DNA of 64,000 bases from Gnetum montanum (GCA_015680685.1 MNCI01000405.1:9624-73623); one strand, 5' to 3'; positions 13,815 through 28,668 are shown, numbered from the stretch's first letter. A program made the numbers and translations. Notes: generated by a model from the sequence alone, not told the origin.

Positions 13815-16779
13815 ATTACAAAATTTTGGTGTTCAAGATAACAAAATTGAACACCAAGACAAAATTAACAAACATAACTCCTTGAATGGTGTGAAGATGA
13901 TGAAGAATTTCAAATGGTCCCATGTGGTGGAGGCTCCTAAGGCTCCAAAGGATCTTCTCTTGCTTCAAGAGCACACAAAGGTTAAGGTGGTTATTGTGGT
14001 TATCCTGCAATAGCTGTAACTTCTAGTGGAACATGGAAGGCATCCAATAGTGCCTTCATCTTCTCCTCCTTACTCTAGGGATCATTCATGGTCCATGCTG
14101 CTTCACCAATATGGGATGGAATGGAAATATCCCATGGACAAGGCATTGTCAAGAACAACTCCTTCATGTTCATGAACTAGGTAGCAAACTATTTGTGTTC
14201 AATGTTGAACACCTAAGTGCATTATGAAACTCCTAGTAGTTGTTCATTCTCTTGACCAAGTTCTTAGCACTTGATCTTTAATTAGTGAACTTTTTCTTGA
14301 AAACCTTGAGTTTCACATTTACAATCTCAAGCTTTTGCTTGGTCTCTTTATGGTGCTTGAACTTTGCCTCATATATCAAGTACAAGCTAGCCACTTGCTT
14401 CTCTAATTATGACTACAGCCTACTAATAGTCAACATCATCAAGTTTACATACCAGAGATTGGCAAGCTTCATGTATTTGATCATCTCCTCAATTTGCAGC
14501 TCTTTCATATGAATTCCAGCTTTATTGTAGTTGTTTAGCCCATCAAGGATAGGCTAACAGACATATCCTACTTCCTTGAGCTACTGGAGGGCCTCATTGA
14601 CTTTTCCCTTTACCATTTGGATGTGCTTCTCATTGATTTCTTTTTGCAATCCCACCTAGCTGCTAGAATGATTTTTAACACTTTCAAAGTTGAGGGCCTT
14701 ATTCTTCCACGTAGCAATCTTAATTGTAGATTTTTGGAATAAGGCATAGACTTTCTCCATGGAGAGGTTTCTATTTTTTGCTACCAATTGCCTCAATTCT
14801 ACATTCACCCTGGCTATCTGCTCTTGCTATTGATGGATAAATTTTGACATCTATTGCTTTTGAGCATCAACATTTCGCAAGCGATGATTTTCTGTGGTCA
14901 GAATCTTAGTCTCCTAGTAAGTCTGAACCAAGTCTTTTTGAATGTTATGTGTTGTTGCCTTGGCCAAGGAATAGTCAAAGATCACTAACACCTTGGTGTT
15001 CTCAACCTCTTTGAGTCACTTCAAAATTTTTTAAAAAGCTTCATCTCTTGTGATTGCTTGGTTGAAAAGTATGGGATTAGCAAGGTGGGCTCTTAGACTA
15101 GCAACCTTTGTAGCTAAGCATTGGTTTTCAACCCTAGTTGTTTCAAGTTATTCCTCCATGATGATGCATTTGCCCCTTACTTCAAGAAGCTCTGACTAGG
15201 TTGCATTGATGGTATCTGGAATGTCAAAGATATCCAAGATTAGTTTCTTGGTTTCCACTAGTTGGTCTAGTAATTCCTTATGCTAGGCTATCCTCAATAT
15301 TTCACTAACAATGTCTATGGATGTCTACACATCTCTAAGTGTACAAATTTCTAATACAAGTGCCATAGGTGCATTGAGTTCTTCGACCACTCTGTCAACA
15401 ACCACTTCGGCTATTGTCTCCTACCCATGGTGTTGCATCACTAGGACAGTTGACCCCTCACCCTCCTCCAAATGCACCAAAAAGGTAGTGACATTCCTAG
15501 AGATGTCTAGGAATTACTATTGCTACTATAAGAGGAACACTGTTACCTCTTGAGTGCATAGATTTGACCTTGCAAGCACTTGCATGCATTGGGTAGAGAA
15601 AATTGGCATCCCACCTTCCATCTAACTTATGGTTTGAGTCACTTCCTTAAGGTGGCTCATTAATAGTTTGTACACAGATAGATCACCACCACTCATTCCT
15701 ACTTGATGCTACTATTTTTGCAGGAGTTGCTCTCAAAGTTCATGCATGCACTCAATGGTAGCACAAGTCTCCAACATTGTTTCATGAGTGGATGGTGGAG
15801 GTGGTGGTTGCTACTCCTCTTCTTGGATCATCTTTGTAGCCACCTTATCCTTCATCATTTCTACCTAAGAGGTGATTGGAGCATGTTAGATGACATTGTT
15901 TGTATAGTGTGCTATGCCCTCTCTCTTACATAACTTTCTAATGAGGCACAGAAAGGGAAGTTCCTTCCTTCCATGTTCATTTTCCTTGAAATGCTTCTCT
16001 ATCTTAAGCTAGATTAGTTGTGGAAGGTTGAACAGTATTCTTTCACTTAGAGCAACACATGCACAAGTGGAAAAGGCTATGACCTTATTGGGCCTCACCA
16101 TTGGATTAAGGTGAAAGGCTGCAATATTAAAGTATGCATGTTTCACCATGGTGAGTGCACCAAACTCATTGTAGTCCACTTTGTAGCACTACTGTGTCCA
16201 TTCTTTCTTGATGTTAGGATTTGCCTACATTGGTATTTCTACAAGAGTGGCTCCAGTTTCAGGTAACCCAAGGGCCTCAGAAATTTCTTTTATTGAGTAG
16301 GACATAGAAATTTCCTTAATTTTCACTATTCAACTAGCTTGCCTATTATTCCAAAAGAGATATATCTCTCTAATGTACCACTTTCCACTTGAAGTGCTGA
16401 TGGGCCACATGGAAGAGTTTTGCAATTGCATCTTAACTTCTAGAGGAGCAAACTCCAAGAAGAATCCAAAGTTTAGCTCTTGAAGTACAAATTTTTAGAC
16501 CTCCTTGGACTTCATTTGCTTGAGTTTGGTGTCCATTAGTATGAACTCAAGGCTTAGTCTTGGCCCTAATGCCTTATCTCAGTGTGATTATTCAGTCATA
16601 GCCACTTCTTTGGGAATCTATCTAACAAAATTGACATTGAGCTTCTCCCAAAGAGATCCCATTACATGGGATTCAGCTACTTTCTCCTAGGGCTATTCTT
16701 GATCCCTTTTGGTTCTTGGATGTTTGGCCCTTGGTTGGGATGGTCCTCCCCCCTACACGTGCTTTCCCTTAGGTGCCAT
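13815..16779 (-). pseudogene. Athila extra ('env-like') ORF of element A, disrupted
   Basis: Starts AG|ATG MAPKGKHV*GGGPSQPRAKHPRTKR; colinear with the element B extra ORF; lies between integrase and PPT; charged, helix-like C-half. Confidence 0.65.
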
Positions 16780-18999
16780 CTAGGGTCACAACATAACCAA
16801 GGATTAGTGTAAAATGTGCAACTTATATCATTTAAGTAGCTTATCTCATTGGCTAGTTACACTTAGGCTAAGTTATGACCATGGAAAATTGATTATTTTA
16901 TTATTATTTTAATTTCTTTTGATTTAGGATGTTATCGAAGTCTATTGGAAAGGTTTAACTTTCATAAATTGATGTTTGAATGTTAGTTTCTTAGTTAAAC
17001 CTTTATGGGAGTTAGAAAAATTTTGAAAACTTTTCTATCAAGAACCTAAGGTTTGTGGCCCCCACAAAAAAGAGCTTACCTCTGATAGTTGCAAGGCTGA
17101 AGAACAAGGTTAATTGGACAAATAGTTTGGAAGTTATGGCTCTTGGAAGGTTCTAGGCTCTAAAAGTTCAAAAACTCCTCCCTCGTTTGAGTTCAAATGT
17201 GAAAAATTCTTAGTTTTTTGTGCCTATTTATAGACATTTTGCATTACCTTGATAGGGTCTCATCCATGTGGGGGCTCTGTATATGGGGCCTCATTGATGG
17301 AGCCCTTAGAAAAAAAATTAAAATACAAGGATTTTAAGCATAAAATTAGAATTCTTGAAGAGCCAAAAAAAATCTGTGAACATGATGAGATACTTGAAGA
17401 GGTCTTGATGACTTACAAAATTTGATTTTTAGGTGGAGAATGAATTTGTGTTGGGGAAATGCCATTAATGAGTGCCCATTTGGATGCAACTAATATGGAA
17501 TCCAAAAGATTTGATTGTGAAAATATGTAAGGATAAGGAACTTAACTAGTCCAACTAAGAGAAATTCAAGTGGATCCTTCTCATAGAAGGCTCATGCTCT
17601 TTTTGCCTTTGCAGATCCTCAAACAAAGTCTATGGGCTCCACAATTGATTAATGGTTGTGGAAAGTTAAGAACCTATTCCCAAAAGAATCTACTGAAGAA
17701 TTTTGACATGTCAAACTAAGACATTGAGCAAGACATGGAAAACTAGCAATGAGGTGAATTACGAAAAGAATTGGTGGATGAGAGAGAGAGAGAGAGGAAT
17801 GGAGTTCTGGATCATAACCACATGGAGTTCCTTGTGGATTTTTTGGTTAAATGATGTGATAAAGTCCATCCTTAGTCTAGATCAAAACCAACCACTTTCA
17901 ATGACTTCACATCGACACTCTAAGACAAGTCCACCTCCTTGAGACACAAGATTTCTCTCATAGATCAATCACCATTCCTTATTGAGAAGAAAAGAAAAGC
18001 AAGAAGGGAGAAAGAACCTTAGTTAGAGGGGACCTTTAGGCGTGGGTAACAAGTCTTTCTACATCCATAACTAGTGCTTATAGCCTATTATTTTGTCTAA
18101 GGGGTGTGCTTTAAATTTCCATCATTTTTTTTATGTCTTATGTTTATATGGATTTTTGGATGGGAACCACATCATGCAAAGACTTGAACTTTCTATTATT
18201 GGTCAACAACGAAATAGTAATAAATCCATGAAAACACTAATGCACACAAGAGAATAGGCAAGTATAGAGAGCATTAATCCCCTTGAAGTCACACCCTTAT
18301 CAATCCATTTAACCCTTTCTAAGTTTGGAAACTACCAAGGTCATAAGTTCATTAAAGTTCTTATTAAGGAAGGGACCTCATATTTCCAAAACAAAGAACA
18401 CCATAGAGTTTATGCATGTGTGGATTATGTGAACTCACTGCATGTTCTATGAAAAAGGAATGATGTCTTAGTTATTAATATCAAAATTCAAAGCTAAAAT
18501 CCAGACATTAGCAATTAAAAACATTAAGACAAACCACCATCAGTAGTAGCTACAACAACGTTGTGTCCTATTGGCAATAAAGAAGAACATAAGCATTAGA
18601 AAAATTAAGAAAAACCAAAAAAAATAAAGTAAAATATATAAAAAATTGTAAAATAATCAAGAAAGATAAAACATACCAACGATGTTGTAAAACAGAAATT
18701 GTGAAAAATAAGAAAAGTATAAAATAAAAAATACAAAAACAAAAAGGTGTAAAATAGAAAAGCATGAAATAAAAAAAGTGTAAAAAACTGAGGAGCCACT
18801 TTATATGATTAGCATGAATGGCCATCTCCCCCACAACTGAGTTGAAAGGAGGAGATCCAAAATATCAAGCATGGTTGTCCATTTGATGAGGTGTTGTGGT
18901 CACTAGCTCATTTGGGCCATAACTTGTTGCTTATTGACCAATAACTTCTTATTTGGGCTTTTAGTTTTGTAGATCAGCATGGCCCCAAAAGAGAAGGTT

Positions 19000-21900
19000 T
19001 AATAAATGATGTAACACCCTTCTCACAACATTTGGATCTTAGTATTTTATGGTACATGTGTGAGATTCTAGTAAAGGACCTCATCTCTAGGTTGAAATTT
19101 GACTTTCCTTATTTTGAGGTCATGACATTATTTGTTGAATACTTTGTGCACTTCATTCAAGGACAAGGCCATTAATCGATTCTCATCTAGCATGTTGAGG
19201 TTGATCAATCTTTCTTTCTATGCTAGGCTAAGGTCAAGGTCAAAGTCACAAGCTGTTGAAAGTGTATAGAGCTCAAACTTCATAGGAAGTGTTTGTAATT
19301 TTTTGTACACCAGCTCATAGGAAGAGTAGCCTATAGGGAGTTTCCAGGTTGAGCAATAGGACCAGAGGGCATCATTAAGTTTTGTGCTCTAGTCTCTTCT
19401 ATATTTGTCAATTATTCTTGTTAAGATCTTAGAGATTTCCCTATTTGTTATATCTACTTGATTGTTGGCTTGAGTGTGGTTAGGTGTTATTAATTTATGT
19501 TTAACTGTCAAACATGACATGAGCTTTCAAAATGTAGTGCCTATAAAATTAGTATCATTGTTAGAAATCAATGCACATGGCACTCCAAACCTATTTACAA
19601 CATTCTATTGCATAAATTGAGTAGCTGTAGAGGATGTATAGTTGGTGACAGCTACTAATTCTACCCATTTCATATAATTATTAACAGCAACTATAATGTA
19701 TGCCTTTCCATTCAACATGGATATGATGGGATCCATGAAATCAATGTTCCAGATTGAAGGACTCTAGTGGTTGGATCCACTGTTGATGTCCCTCCATTCA
19801 AGTGGTCATTCCACGATCGCGTTGATAGCATTCATAAGAGTGGATGAATTGGTGGATGCCCCTAAAGAGTGTTGTCCAATAATACCTTACCATTAGGATC
19901 TTAATGACTGTGCATCTCCTAGCATAGTCACCCCCACAAGGACCTTCATGAGTGTCTTAGAGAATATGTAGTTGGTCAACATTAGGAATACACCAACGAA
20001 GTAGGCCATTGATGCACACCTTATAAAGGTGTCTATTGATTTCCATGAAGCATTTAGCCTAATGAAGAAACTATTGTTTCTTCCTATGGTTCAACTCTTG
20101 TGGCATCTCTTCAGTAAGCAGATAAGTAAGGATGTCATTGTACTAATTAGGTTTAGTAGGCACTTATCCCTTTATAGGATCAAAAAAGAGGAGTTTGTCA
20201 AGAAATTGATTAGACAGTGGGCTCTCCTTCTCTTTGTTGTCCCATCTTAACTAAGACAAGTGGTCAATGACCATGTTCGCAATGTCCTTTCTATCTACCA
20301 TCATAAAAATGAATTCCTACAAGATTAGAAGCCACCGTATGAAACAAGGGCTCACTATTAGTTTGTTCATTAAGAAGCGAATTGCACTATGGTCTAAGTG
20401 CATGAATACCTTGTACCAAAGTACATAATGCCTAAATTTTTCCAAGACATATACCACCACCATCAATTCTTTCTCCATTGTAGTGTAGTTTAGCTATACA
20501 CCCACAATACTTAGGCTTGCATAGTGCATGTTATAAGGATGTTTTTGTTAATCCAACTATGTGATCACAACTCCCAAGGCATAATTTGATGCATTTGTCA
20601 TGATATGGAATGGTTTGGACCAATTAGGTGCTCATAGAATTGGAGTTTCTATAACCTTTTGCTTGAGTTGTTGGAATGCCTTTTCACATTTCTCAGTCTA
20701 GACAAGTGGAGCATCTTTCTTTATCAACTCCACCAATGATTTAGTGATATTAAAGAAATTCTCTATGAATAGCTAGTAGTAGCTAGTGTGGCCAAGGAAT
20801 GGTTAGACATTTTTGATAATCTCTAGTTGATGGGTAATTCGTTGGATGATCCTAATATTTTCAGGGTCCACCTCAATCCTTACTTGTAATATTTTTTGCC
20901 CTAAAATAATGCCTTGTTGGATCATCAAATGGCTCTTTTGCCAATTAATCTAAAGGTTAGTCTCCACACACCTTTTCAGCACTTGCTCAAGTTGGTTCAA
21001 AGCTTTCTTGAATGTAGTCCTATAGGTGTAGAAGCCAACCATGAAGACTTCCACCTTGCTAATGATCTTTTATTGAAAGATACTAAGGAAAAAATTTTGG
21101 AAGGTTGTAGGGGCATTGCACAAATCAAAAGATATCTTTTTGTATGCAAAAGTTACCTAGAAACTTGTGAATGTGGTTTGGACCTAATCTTCAAGTGCAA
21201 TCTAAATTTGGTTATAGCCACTATAATCATCCAAAACGCTGTAATAACAATGCCTAGAGATAGTGTCCAAAACTTGATCCACAAATAGCAATGAAAAATG
21301 ATTTTTGTAGGTCTCCATCTTTAATAGCCTGAAGTTAATACAAATCCTCCACTTGCCACCTTTCTTTGGCACTATCATAAGTGGGCTAACCCACTCGCTA
21401 TTCATAATGGGATAGATGAATTGTACGTTGAGAAGTTGTTCAATCTCCTCCTTGATGATATACCTTAATTTGGGATTCAACCACTGTTGCTATTGCCTCT
21501 TTGGCTTTATGGATAGATCTATATAGATACGGTGCTAACATATCATAGGATCAAGCCCAATGAGTCCAGGATATGATGAAGCAAAGGTTGTTGGACACTT
21601 GTTGACCACCTTCAATAGCTTTTCTTTCTATTCAAGAGCAAGATTAGCATTGATTATTACTAGCTTGCCATTTTTTAAGAAAGCATATTATATGCCAGTA
21701 GGTAGAGTCTTCAACTCTAGGGGCTCTTGCTTGAAACTTTTAGGAATTTCCAACTCTCCCCAACTGATGTCATCAGGTTCATCATAAGAGAGTTGGTGAT
21801 GAACTTACTCTAGTTCATGCATGCCTTCAACATAGGCATTTGTGAAGCTCTTAGTTGATTCCCTGCAAATGGTTGAATTATTGTTAAGATCAACTATCAA

Positions 21901-24530
21901 CCACTAGGTGCATTCTTGTTTTGTGGCTATTGCGTACAGACACCTTTAAATTTCAAACACATCTACACACTACATGCATGCTGTGATGGATGTACTTTTC
22001 ACATATCATAGTTTCTGCATGTAGTTGCATCCTGTATCACTGTATGTGATGCATGGAACTCTCTTCTTCTCTATCTTTCTAAATGCATTCTCCTTGAAAA
22101 TCTCCAAAGAGAGGTCTTTGATTCCCAATCATGCATTAATAGTGCTCAACCAAGCCCTTCCCATGAAAATTGGGAAGTTCCCCTTATAGTTATTAACATA
22201 GATCATCAGGAAATTAGTAGGATAGGACCACCCACAAATGGTGGTCACAGTATCTTTCATCAATCCCAAGGGAATACTGATGGACTAATTTGTGAACTCA
22301 AGAAAAATGGTGCTCTTCTTAAGTGGCGGTAGGTTCTAGGCTTTACACATCTCATGAGAAATTTGATTTATACCCTAAACCTAAATCAAGAAGAGCCTTA
22401 CATGACTCATTCCTAGTGATTTGCAAGTAGATTAGGGGATTCCTAGAATTAAATCTATTCCTAGGAAGGTGGCCAGTCTTTATCTAATTAGTTACCACAT
22501 GGGTTAATATAATGGTATGCACTTTGGGAGACATTTGGTTTGAAGGGTACTCGAATGGAGTAGATGCAAAGGATGAGGGAGAAGTAAGGCTATCAACCAC
22601 ACAAGTATGTGGGGGCTTTGTAGGACTATTGATTTAGAATAAGGATCTTTTTTGGGATTTAGTCTTTGAGCCACTTGACTAAGGAGTTGGCTATAACAAC
22701 CCTAGTGGTGTTACGTTGCTATGATTGGGCTGGAATTTTGCTTTGCATTAATGGAGAAAGTGGTAATTAATTTTAGGGTGAAGGGACATGTGTAGAAGGA
22801 TGAGAAGGGTAATGAGAAAATGAAGATTTCCCTCTTAGAGATTGGACTCTGTAGTACTCAAGAGGGTAGTAGTGATGTTGGAATAAAGTGTGACTAGAAG
22901 AGTCATGTGGAGAAATGGGCTACTATACATAGTACCCATATGAATTTGGCTACCTGTAAGGGTACTCCTACCTTGATGGTGGCATCCCCATGACTGTGTA
23001 TGTTGCCACTAATGATACTACTTAAAAGATTGTGGTTGAGCTCCACTTGGACAGTCAACTTATTGTTGTTGGAATTGCCTTGGGTTGCCTTGAGGATAAG
23101 GTAACCTTTTGGGTGCTTACCTTCTCACCAATTTAGGATTTAGAGCATACACCCCAGACTCCTGTAAGTGTGACATAATAAGGTAACATCCCTTAAGATG
23201 TTCATACTAGCAGATGTCACACCCACCATCATCATCTATTTTGGTCTCCACAACCTCCTCTACTACAAAAACCTTACCATTACTCCTTTAGTGGGCATGT
23301 TCAACTTCCTTCCTTCTCCTGCAATCATGATCACTACTTTGGTCTTTGGACTCCTTTTCTATTTTTAGAGTGAATTAGAACTTTTCATCCAAAGAGTTCC
23401 ACATTTTGTCTACCTTAGCTGAAATTTTAGAAATAGACTTTTGAATCAGTAAGGTCTTTTATCACACCACATTATGAAGCAGTGCCTCCTTCTCATTGTC
23501 ATAGAACCAAACTTTCTTTTTTTAGATAGAAGGGTCCTAGTTGTACTCCTCTACACTTTGCATTTTCTCAACTATCCTTCTTTTTTGGCAACCTACTTGA
23601 TTAGCCTTTGAATCTGATGGGCTCTTAATTTTGACAATATCCCTTGGGCATAGACCTTAAGAGTTCTCCTTATTTTTTATCAAAGCCCATCTATGATATG
23701 GCAGAGCTACTCCCTTTGAGAATAACCATGGCCAAAAAATCAATGCAAAAGAGAATAGTACTTGCTCATGGTTGTGTCTAAGGGTTTATATATTTCTTGT
23801 TTCCAACCCTGGATCTGCTTTCTCAGGCTGAACACTCAAGAGTACATTTCATACTTTTCATTGAAGAGTTCAAGCATCATACTCCATCTATGGATTGATT
23901 CTAGCTCCAAGGACCACTACTAATTTTCAACTTCTTTTATGAGTGTCCTTGGGAACAACTTAAGTTTTTGCCATTTATTCTCCACGTTCTATAAGGCATA
24001 GGCATCGTGAAAGGCTTAAAGATGATTTTGTAGATTTGAATTGTATCCCCCTTTGAACTTGGAAATATTTTTCATATCCAACCTCTTGATGTTTCTATCT
24101 TTCAGATGACTTGTTGGCATTCTCATTGTCTCTATGATATTTAGCATGTTTCAAGTTACAAGAAAAGGCTCATCATGGTCATAGCCTCTGTGATGGCCAT
24201 GATGCCCATGATGTCCTCTACTTCCCTTTCTCTCATGGTGGTGGGCCTCCCTTGATTTCTGATGCCCCTGAACTCAACTAGTCTGATGGACCCTATGATC
24301 ATGTTGGTCTCGTCAATGACCTCCATCATGGTCATGTCCTCTATAGCTTTGATCAAAGTTAGAGGAGGAAGAAGAGGATGATGAAGGTAAAGAGGAAGGA
24401 GGACTAGCACCACCACAGTGCCTGCCACCCCCTCTTTTGTGGTCATGTCCATGATCATCATCATGATGTCTATCCTTATCCCTAGCATGACTTCCATCTT
24501 TGGATCACCCATGATCATGAGACCCATTCT
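19000..24530 (-). pseudogene. degenerate gag-pol of element A
   Basis: RT fragment (ORF 21202-21480: SEWVSPLMIVPKKGGKWRICINFR...LDDYSGYNQI); RNase H ~20270-20640; integrase ~19050-20050; protease ~22180-22420; gag ~23700-24500. Confidence 0.85.
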
Positions 24531-27500
24531 TGCTTGAACCAGGATTGTTTACAATGGACTGTAAGCTCTAGTTCAAGCCCCCTTCATTGAAACCAAGGGG
24601 AGGAGAGTCAATGTATTGAGAACCCTTAGATAAGGGATCCTCACTTTCTTTTTGGCCTAGCAAGAGCAAGGGATTATTAAACTATTTCTCTTTTGAAGCT
24701 TCATAGTGCCTTTCTTGTTTCTGATTTCTTTTTCATTGTGCCTCAGTGGGATGATAATCCCTAGAGTCATGGTCTTGCGCAACATACTTAGCATGAAGCC
24801 CTTGGATGCCCAACCTCATAAGAGTTTGTTGGAGCATCGCAGGAACCAATCGATCGAGCAACAACACAATGTTGTCCTCTATGTTCCTCCACTGCATTTA
24901 TTCATCTTGATGTAGGACGAAGGTGAAGTTAGGCACATACTCATTGGGATGCATATATACCACTCAATATTACTACGAAACTCACTAATTTGATCATTCA
25001 TTCGTTTGTTGATTAGATGTATGCTTGAACTTCGATGGAGAATCATTCCTGTTAGAAGAAGGCATTTTAGATTGGAGGAAAATAACAATGTACTTTTAAT
25101 GGTATTATTATTTGGAATGATTGCTACTTTAAGATTTGTTCCAATGATGTTAAATAATTTCCACTAAGTCCTAGATAGTGCACATAGCTAACTAAAGTCC
25201 CTGGCAACAATGTCAATGATGAGTAGCGAGTATATCCTATGCCCAACCATATGAATCACTAGTGTTCATTCATTGATCTGGACGAATTCCAAAGACTTTA
25301 GGTCTTTAAGTACACTAGTTCTAGGAGGTGAATCTAACCATTGCAATTGTTGTCTTCCCAATTTCACTTGTGAAGTGCAAGTGTATCGTTAAATGTAATT
25401 GAGGCAAATGATTTTTTTCATTTTATCTTCTATTGTTTGAGTCACCTAAGAATAAGAATAAAAAATAAAGTTTTTAATTGCTTAATTAATATAATAACTA
25501 GCTAATATTTAACTAATCCTAACATAAGCATCTGTTCCCACTTTCCATACACATCCTAAACATGTAATAATGCCATTGGGTTATCAACCATTAAGCGCTT
25601 TTGGGATTACTAAGTGTTAAACGCATGCTCGAAGTGGTCATACTTATGTTTGCTATTTAATTAACATTAATTAATTAATTATAATACATTAAAGTCATTT
25701 ACATGAATATAAATGCATAAGAAATAATTAATCTAGTCAAAGTGCTATAAGGTTTGATCAAGAAAGCTCGTCTTTATTTTTGTTCACACTGACGTGCTCA
25801 GGTACATCAATGCTCAAATAAAGATTTGTACACTCTTTGACTTCTACTACGGGCACTCAGAAAATATTCTAACTTTCAAATGGAAAAACTACAAGTGCTT
25901 CACTACAACTATGGAAAGATTTCCATAAATGTGGTAGGTAGATGCACATTTATAGGTGGAAATAGGATGTCTTGTTAATGAGTACACATCAACGAGTCAA
26001 ACCTTGCATCGACGATGGGGCCACGTAGACGACATCCCATCGACACGACCCAATGATGTGACTCATCAATTATGCTTGAAGTGGCTGTACTCATGTTGAT
26101 TATGAATTATAATATTAAATGGTTAAATAACAAGAAAGTAAATTGTTGGAAAGTAAAGTTGAGCTAATCTAAGCACTCCAATGGATGGAAGAAATCTCAA
26201 TTTTATTTCCATTTATGCAAATGTGTCTAGGTACATGTTGCACTTAAATAAAATGTCGTACAATCACTTTAATCCATGCTATAAGCACTTAGAGGGAAGA
26301 TTTCACTAACTTCTATAGAAAGAAACTACAAGATTCTAGCTAAGATATTGAACCAATAGTGTCATAAATAGGATGGGTGTGCACATTTATATAGGAAATG
26401 ATTGCATTAGCATTGATGCACCGACATCAATGCATCTTAAGATGTGTCAACGGAGATGCATCAACGTAGTTGTTATGCATTTGATATTAAAGTATTGCTA
26501 ATACTAAGCCTTACTTGTATTGGCTATGCACTTGTTATTAAATTATCTCTAAGCTCATTCAATGTTACATCTACTTGAATATCTAAAAGTTAAGTTTGCT
26601 TTGGTCAATTTGTAAAGTTTATTTTTATTTTTCATGACCACTAATATAACCTTTAAAAAGATAAATGCCAAAAGATAAATTGAATTCCATAATTAGAAAG
26701 TATGTAAAAAGATGATTCCAACAATACTAATTTCACCTCAATTGGACTTCTAAAGATAAAGTTATGTGTGCTTAAAGTTTATTAATAAAATAACAAATAA
26801 TAATATTTAAATACCACAAGTGATAATCGAAATCTTCGAAAGCACCTAAATAGAAACATACTCATAATACATAATACCAAAGCCATGCTAGTGAGCCCAA
26901 CATCACAACTAATTTTTTACAAGTCTTAAATCATTCAATTCATCACATGTTCATTTATGCATAATCTATAAACATAACTACAATTTTGGCAATTTGTGAA
27001 ACTATACATTTAAACTCAATCTTTAACCTATTTGCTTCACATGCCCATACTACATGATCGTATATACTAATCCAACACAAAAATAGAGGAGAAAGGTAAA
27101 AATAACTCACTAATTAAATTTGCTAAAGTAAAAAATTTGAAACAAATATAAAACCCTTAAAAATCCAACAAGACATCATTTCACTTTAAGTAAGTTCCAT
27201 ACCCATGTATCTGTAATTGTAGTAGTCCCAAATCCAAGTTTAAAGAAAAGCAAAATCCATACTTGAAGCCAGAAATTTAGATAAATCCTTTTGCATAGAA
27301 GAAGTAAGTTTAAAAATCAGTCTTTATTTAAGAGAATAATGAAAGAAAACATAAATCTGATCCATAGAAGGATGTGAAGAAAAAATAAGTGAATGTGATA
27401 GGAAAGGTGGTTGGTATTATGCTTATATACATAATATATACTTTGTTTTATGTTTAAACATATAATTTTCATACATGCTCTTCATGTCATGGGTCACCTA

Positions 27501-27974
27501 ACCCTCATGTAATCCTTACTAAACCTCCTAAATGTAGAGATGTGTTGGGACCACATGGACCACTTAACGCTCACCAAACATGCACCTAACCATCTCATCA
27601 TGATGTAGTAAGTTTACTTTTTATTATTCCTTTTTAACTAATACCCAATTCAAAGATACATAACAAACACACTTAAACTTCAAATCAAAATCCATTTGAA
27701 CCTAAGAGATCCATCTTAAACACACTACACGTTCACATATCAAAATCAATTCCAACCATCACCTAACATAACACTACAATTCAAATTTGAGGTTTAAATA
27801 CCTTATTCTAGAATGTTACAATTTTCATCTATATGCTGTCCTTGTAACCTTTTTCACATTTTTTTAATGAAATGATTTTCAGGTTCGTGATCATCGACAA
27901 GCATAGCCGTGAAAGATAATTTACAAATGGAAAGGGAACGTCAAAGATTTCTTGGTGCCGCAAGCGTACGCTAA

Positions 27975-28668
27975 TGTATTTCTTTATTTATTATCTTTGA
28001 TTTCTACGGTGCTGCAGATTTCCCGGAACTTTCCGTCACGCGGAGCACTTTTGACGCAGAGTTGCACTTTGCGTCCACACCGTAGCGTCACTTCAAAACA
28101 TCTTATCATCTTTTGACATTGTTTGTTGAATGGCTGTAGTCACGAACTCTATTTTATTTGGTTCACTTTTGTCTCTACCATGACCAAAGTTTTTGATAGG
28201 CCCAAAATTGTTAATATGATCATGTGTAAAATTTCTTTTGCTTTTTAATTTAAACTGCTTTGTGAGTTTTTCCTTATTAAAAAATCGTTGCTTTAGTTTT
28301 GACCCAATTTCCGAAATCATACGAGCGGAAAAAAAAATTTAAGGTTTCACGGTTCAACTTAGAAGTTAAGAATTGTGGGCCTCGTATTATTTAGAGTTGT
28401 GACGTGGCCGTGGACGATGATAATTTGTACATGAAAAGGAAACGCTTCCTTTGTGTGCCGACCTCCTCGTGTAGTAGACCGTGGAATAATGGATTGCTAT
28501 GGTCAACTTTGATTTCTACCGTGAAACTTGGTTCACATACCGTGGTCCCTGAACCTTGTTCACACATACCGTGGTCCTTTTCTACCGTGAAACTTGTTCA
28601 CACATACCGTGGTCCCTTCCAATAATGCGGAGCACCTTCTGCGTCACGCAGAATTCCACTATTTCTCT
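27975..28668 (+). promoter_or_regulatory. right arm of the inverted repeat, forming the CpG-rich upstream region of the TNL gene
   Basis: Ends ~230 bp before the ATG; three near-tandem copies of TTCAC(AC)ATACCGTGGTCC (~28530-28617); TGACG/CGTCA at 28034, 28052, 28086, 28400, 28642; CGCG box within 28034-28043; W-box cores at 28299 and 28501. Confidence 0.6.

Larger units (their letters stand above)
12799..26068 (-). mobile_element. full-length degenerate Athila-type Ty3/gypsy LTR retrotransposon (element A)
   Basis: LTRs 12799-13679 and 25217-26068 (T[G/A]ATGAG...CTCATCA); 5-bp TSD ATTAT at 12794-12798 and 26069-26073; PBS-like TTGACATTGTTGCCAGGGA (eroded tRNA-Asp type) at 25198-25216; PPT at 13680-13693; gag-PR-RT-RH-IN order with many stops. 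Confidence 0.92.

Noticed and set aside
18568-18834. Phe-rich hydrophobic ORFs
   Set aside because: Antisense translation of an A-rich tract downstream of integrase
24156-24527. Met/Ile-rich and His-rich ORFs (also 8885-9143)
   Set aside because: Off-frame readings of the low-complexity region of Athila gag
26500-27820. Possible Tekay-like LTR ending GAATGTTACA
   Set aside because: Only one terminus visible; no partner, PBS or TSD
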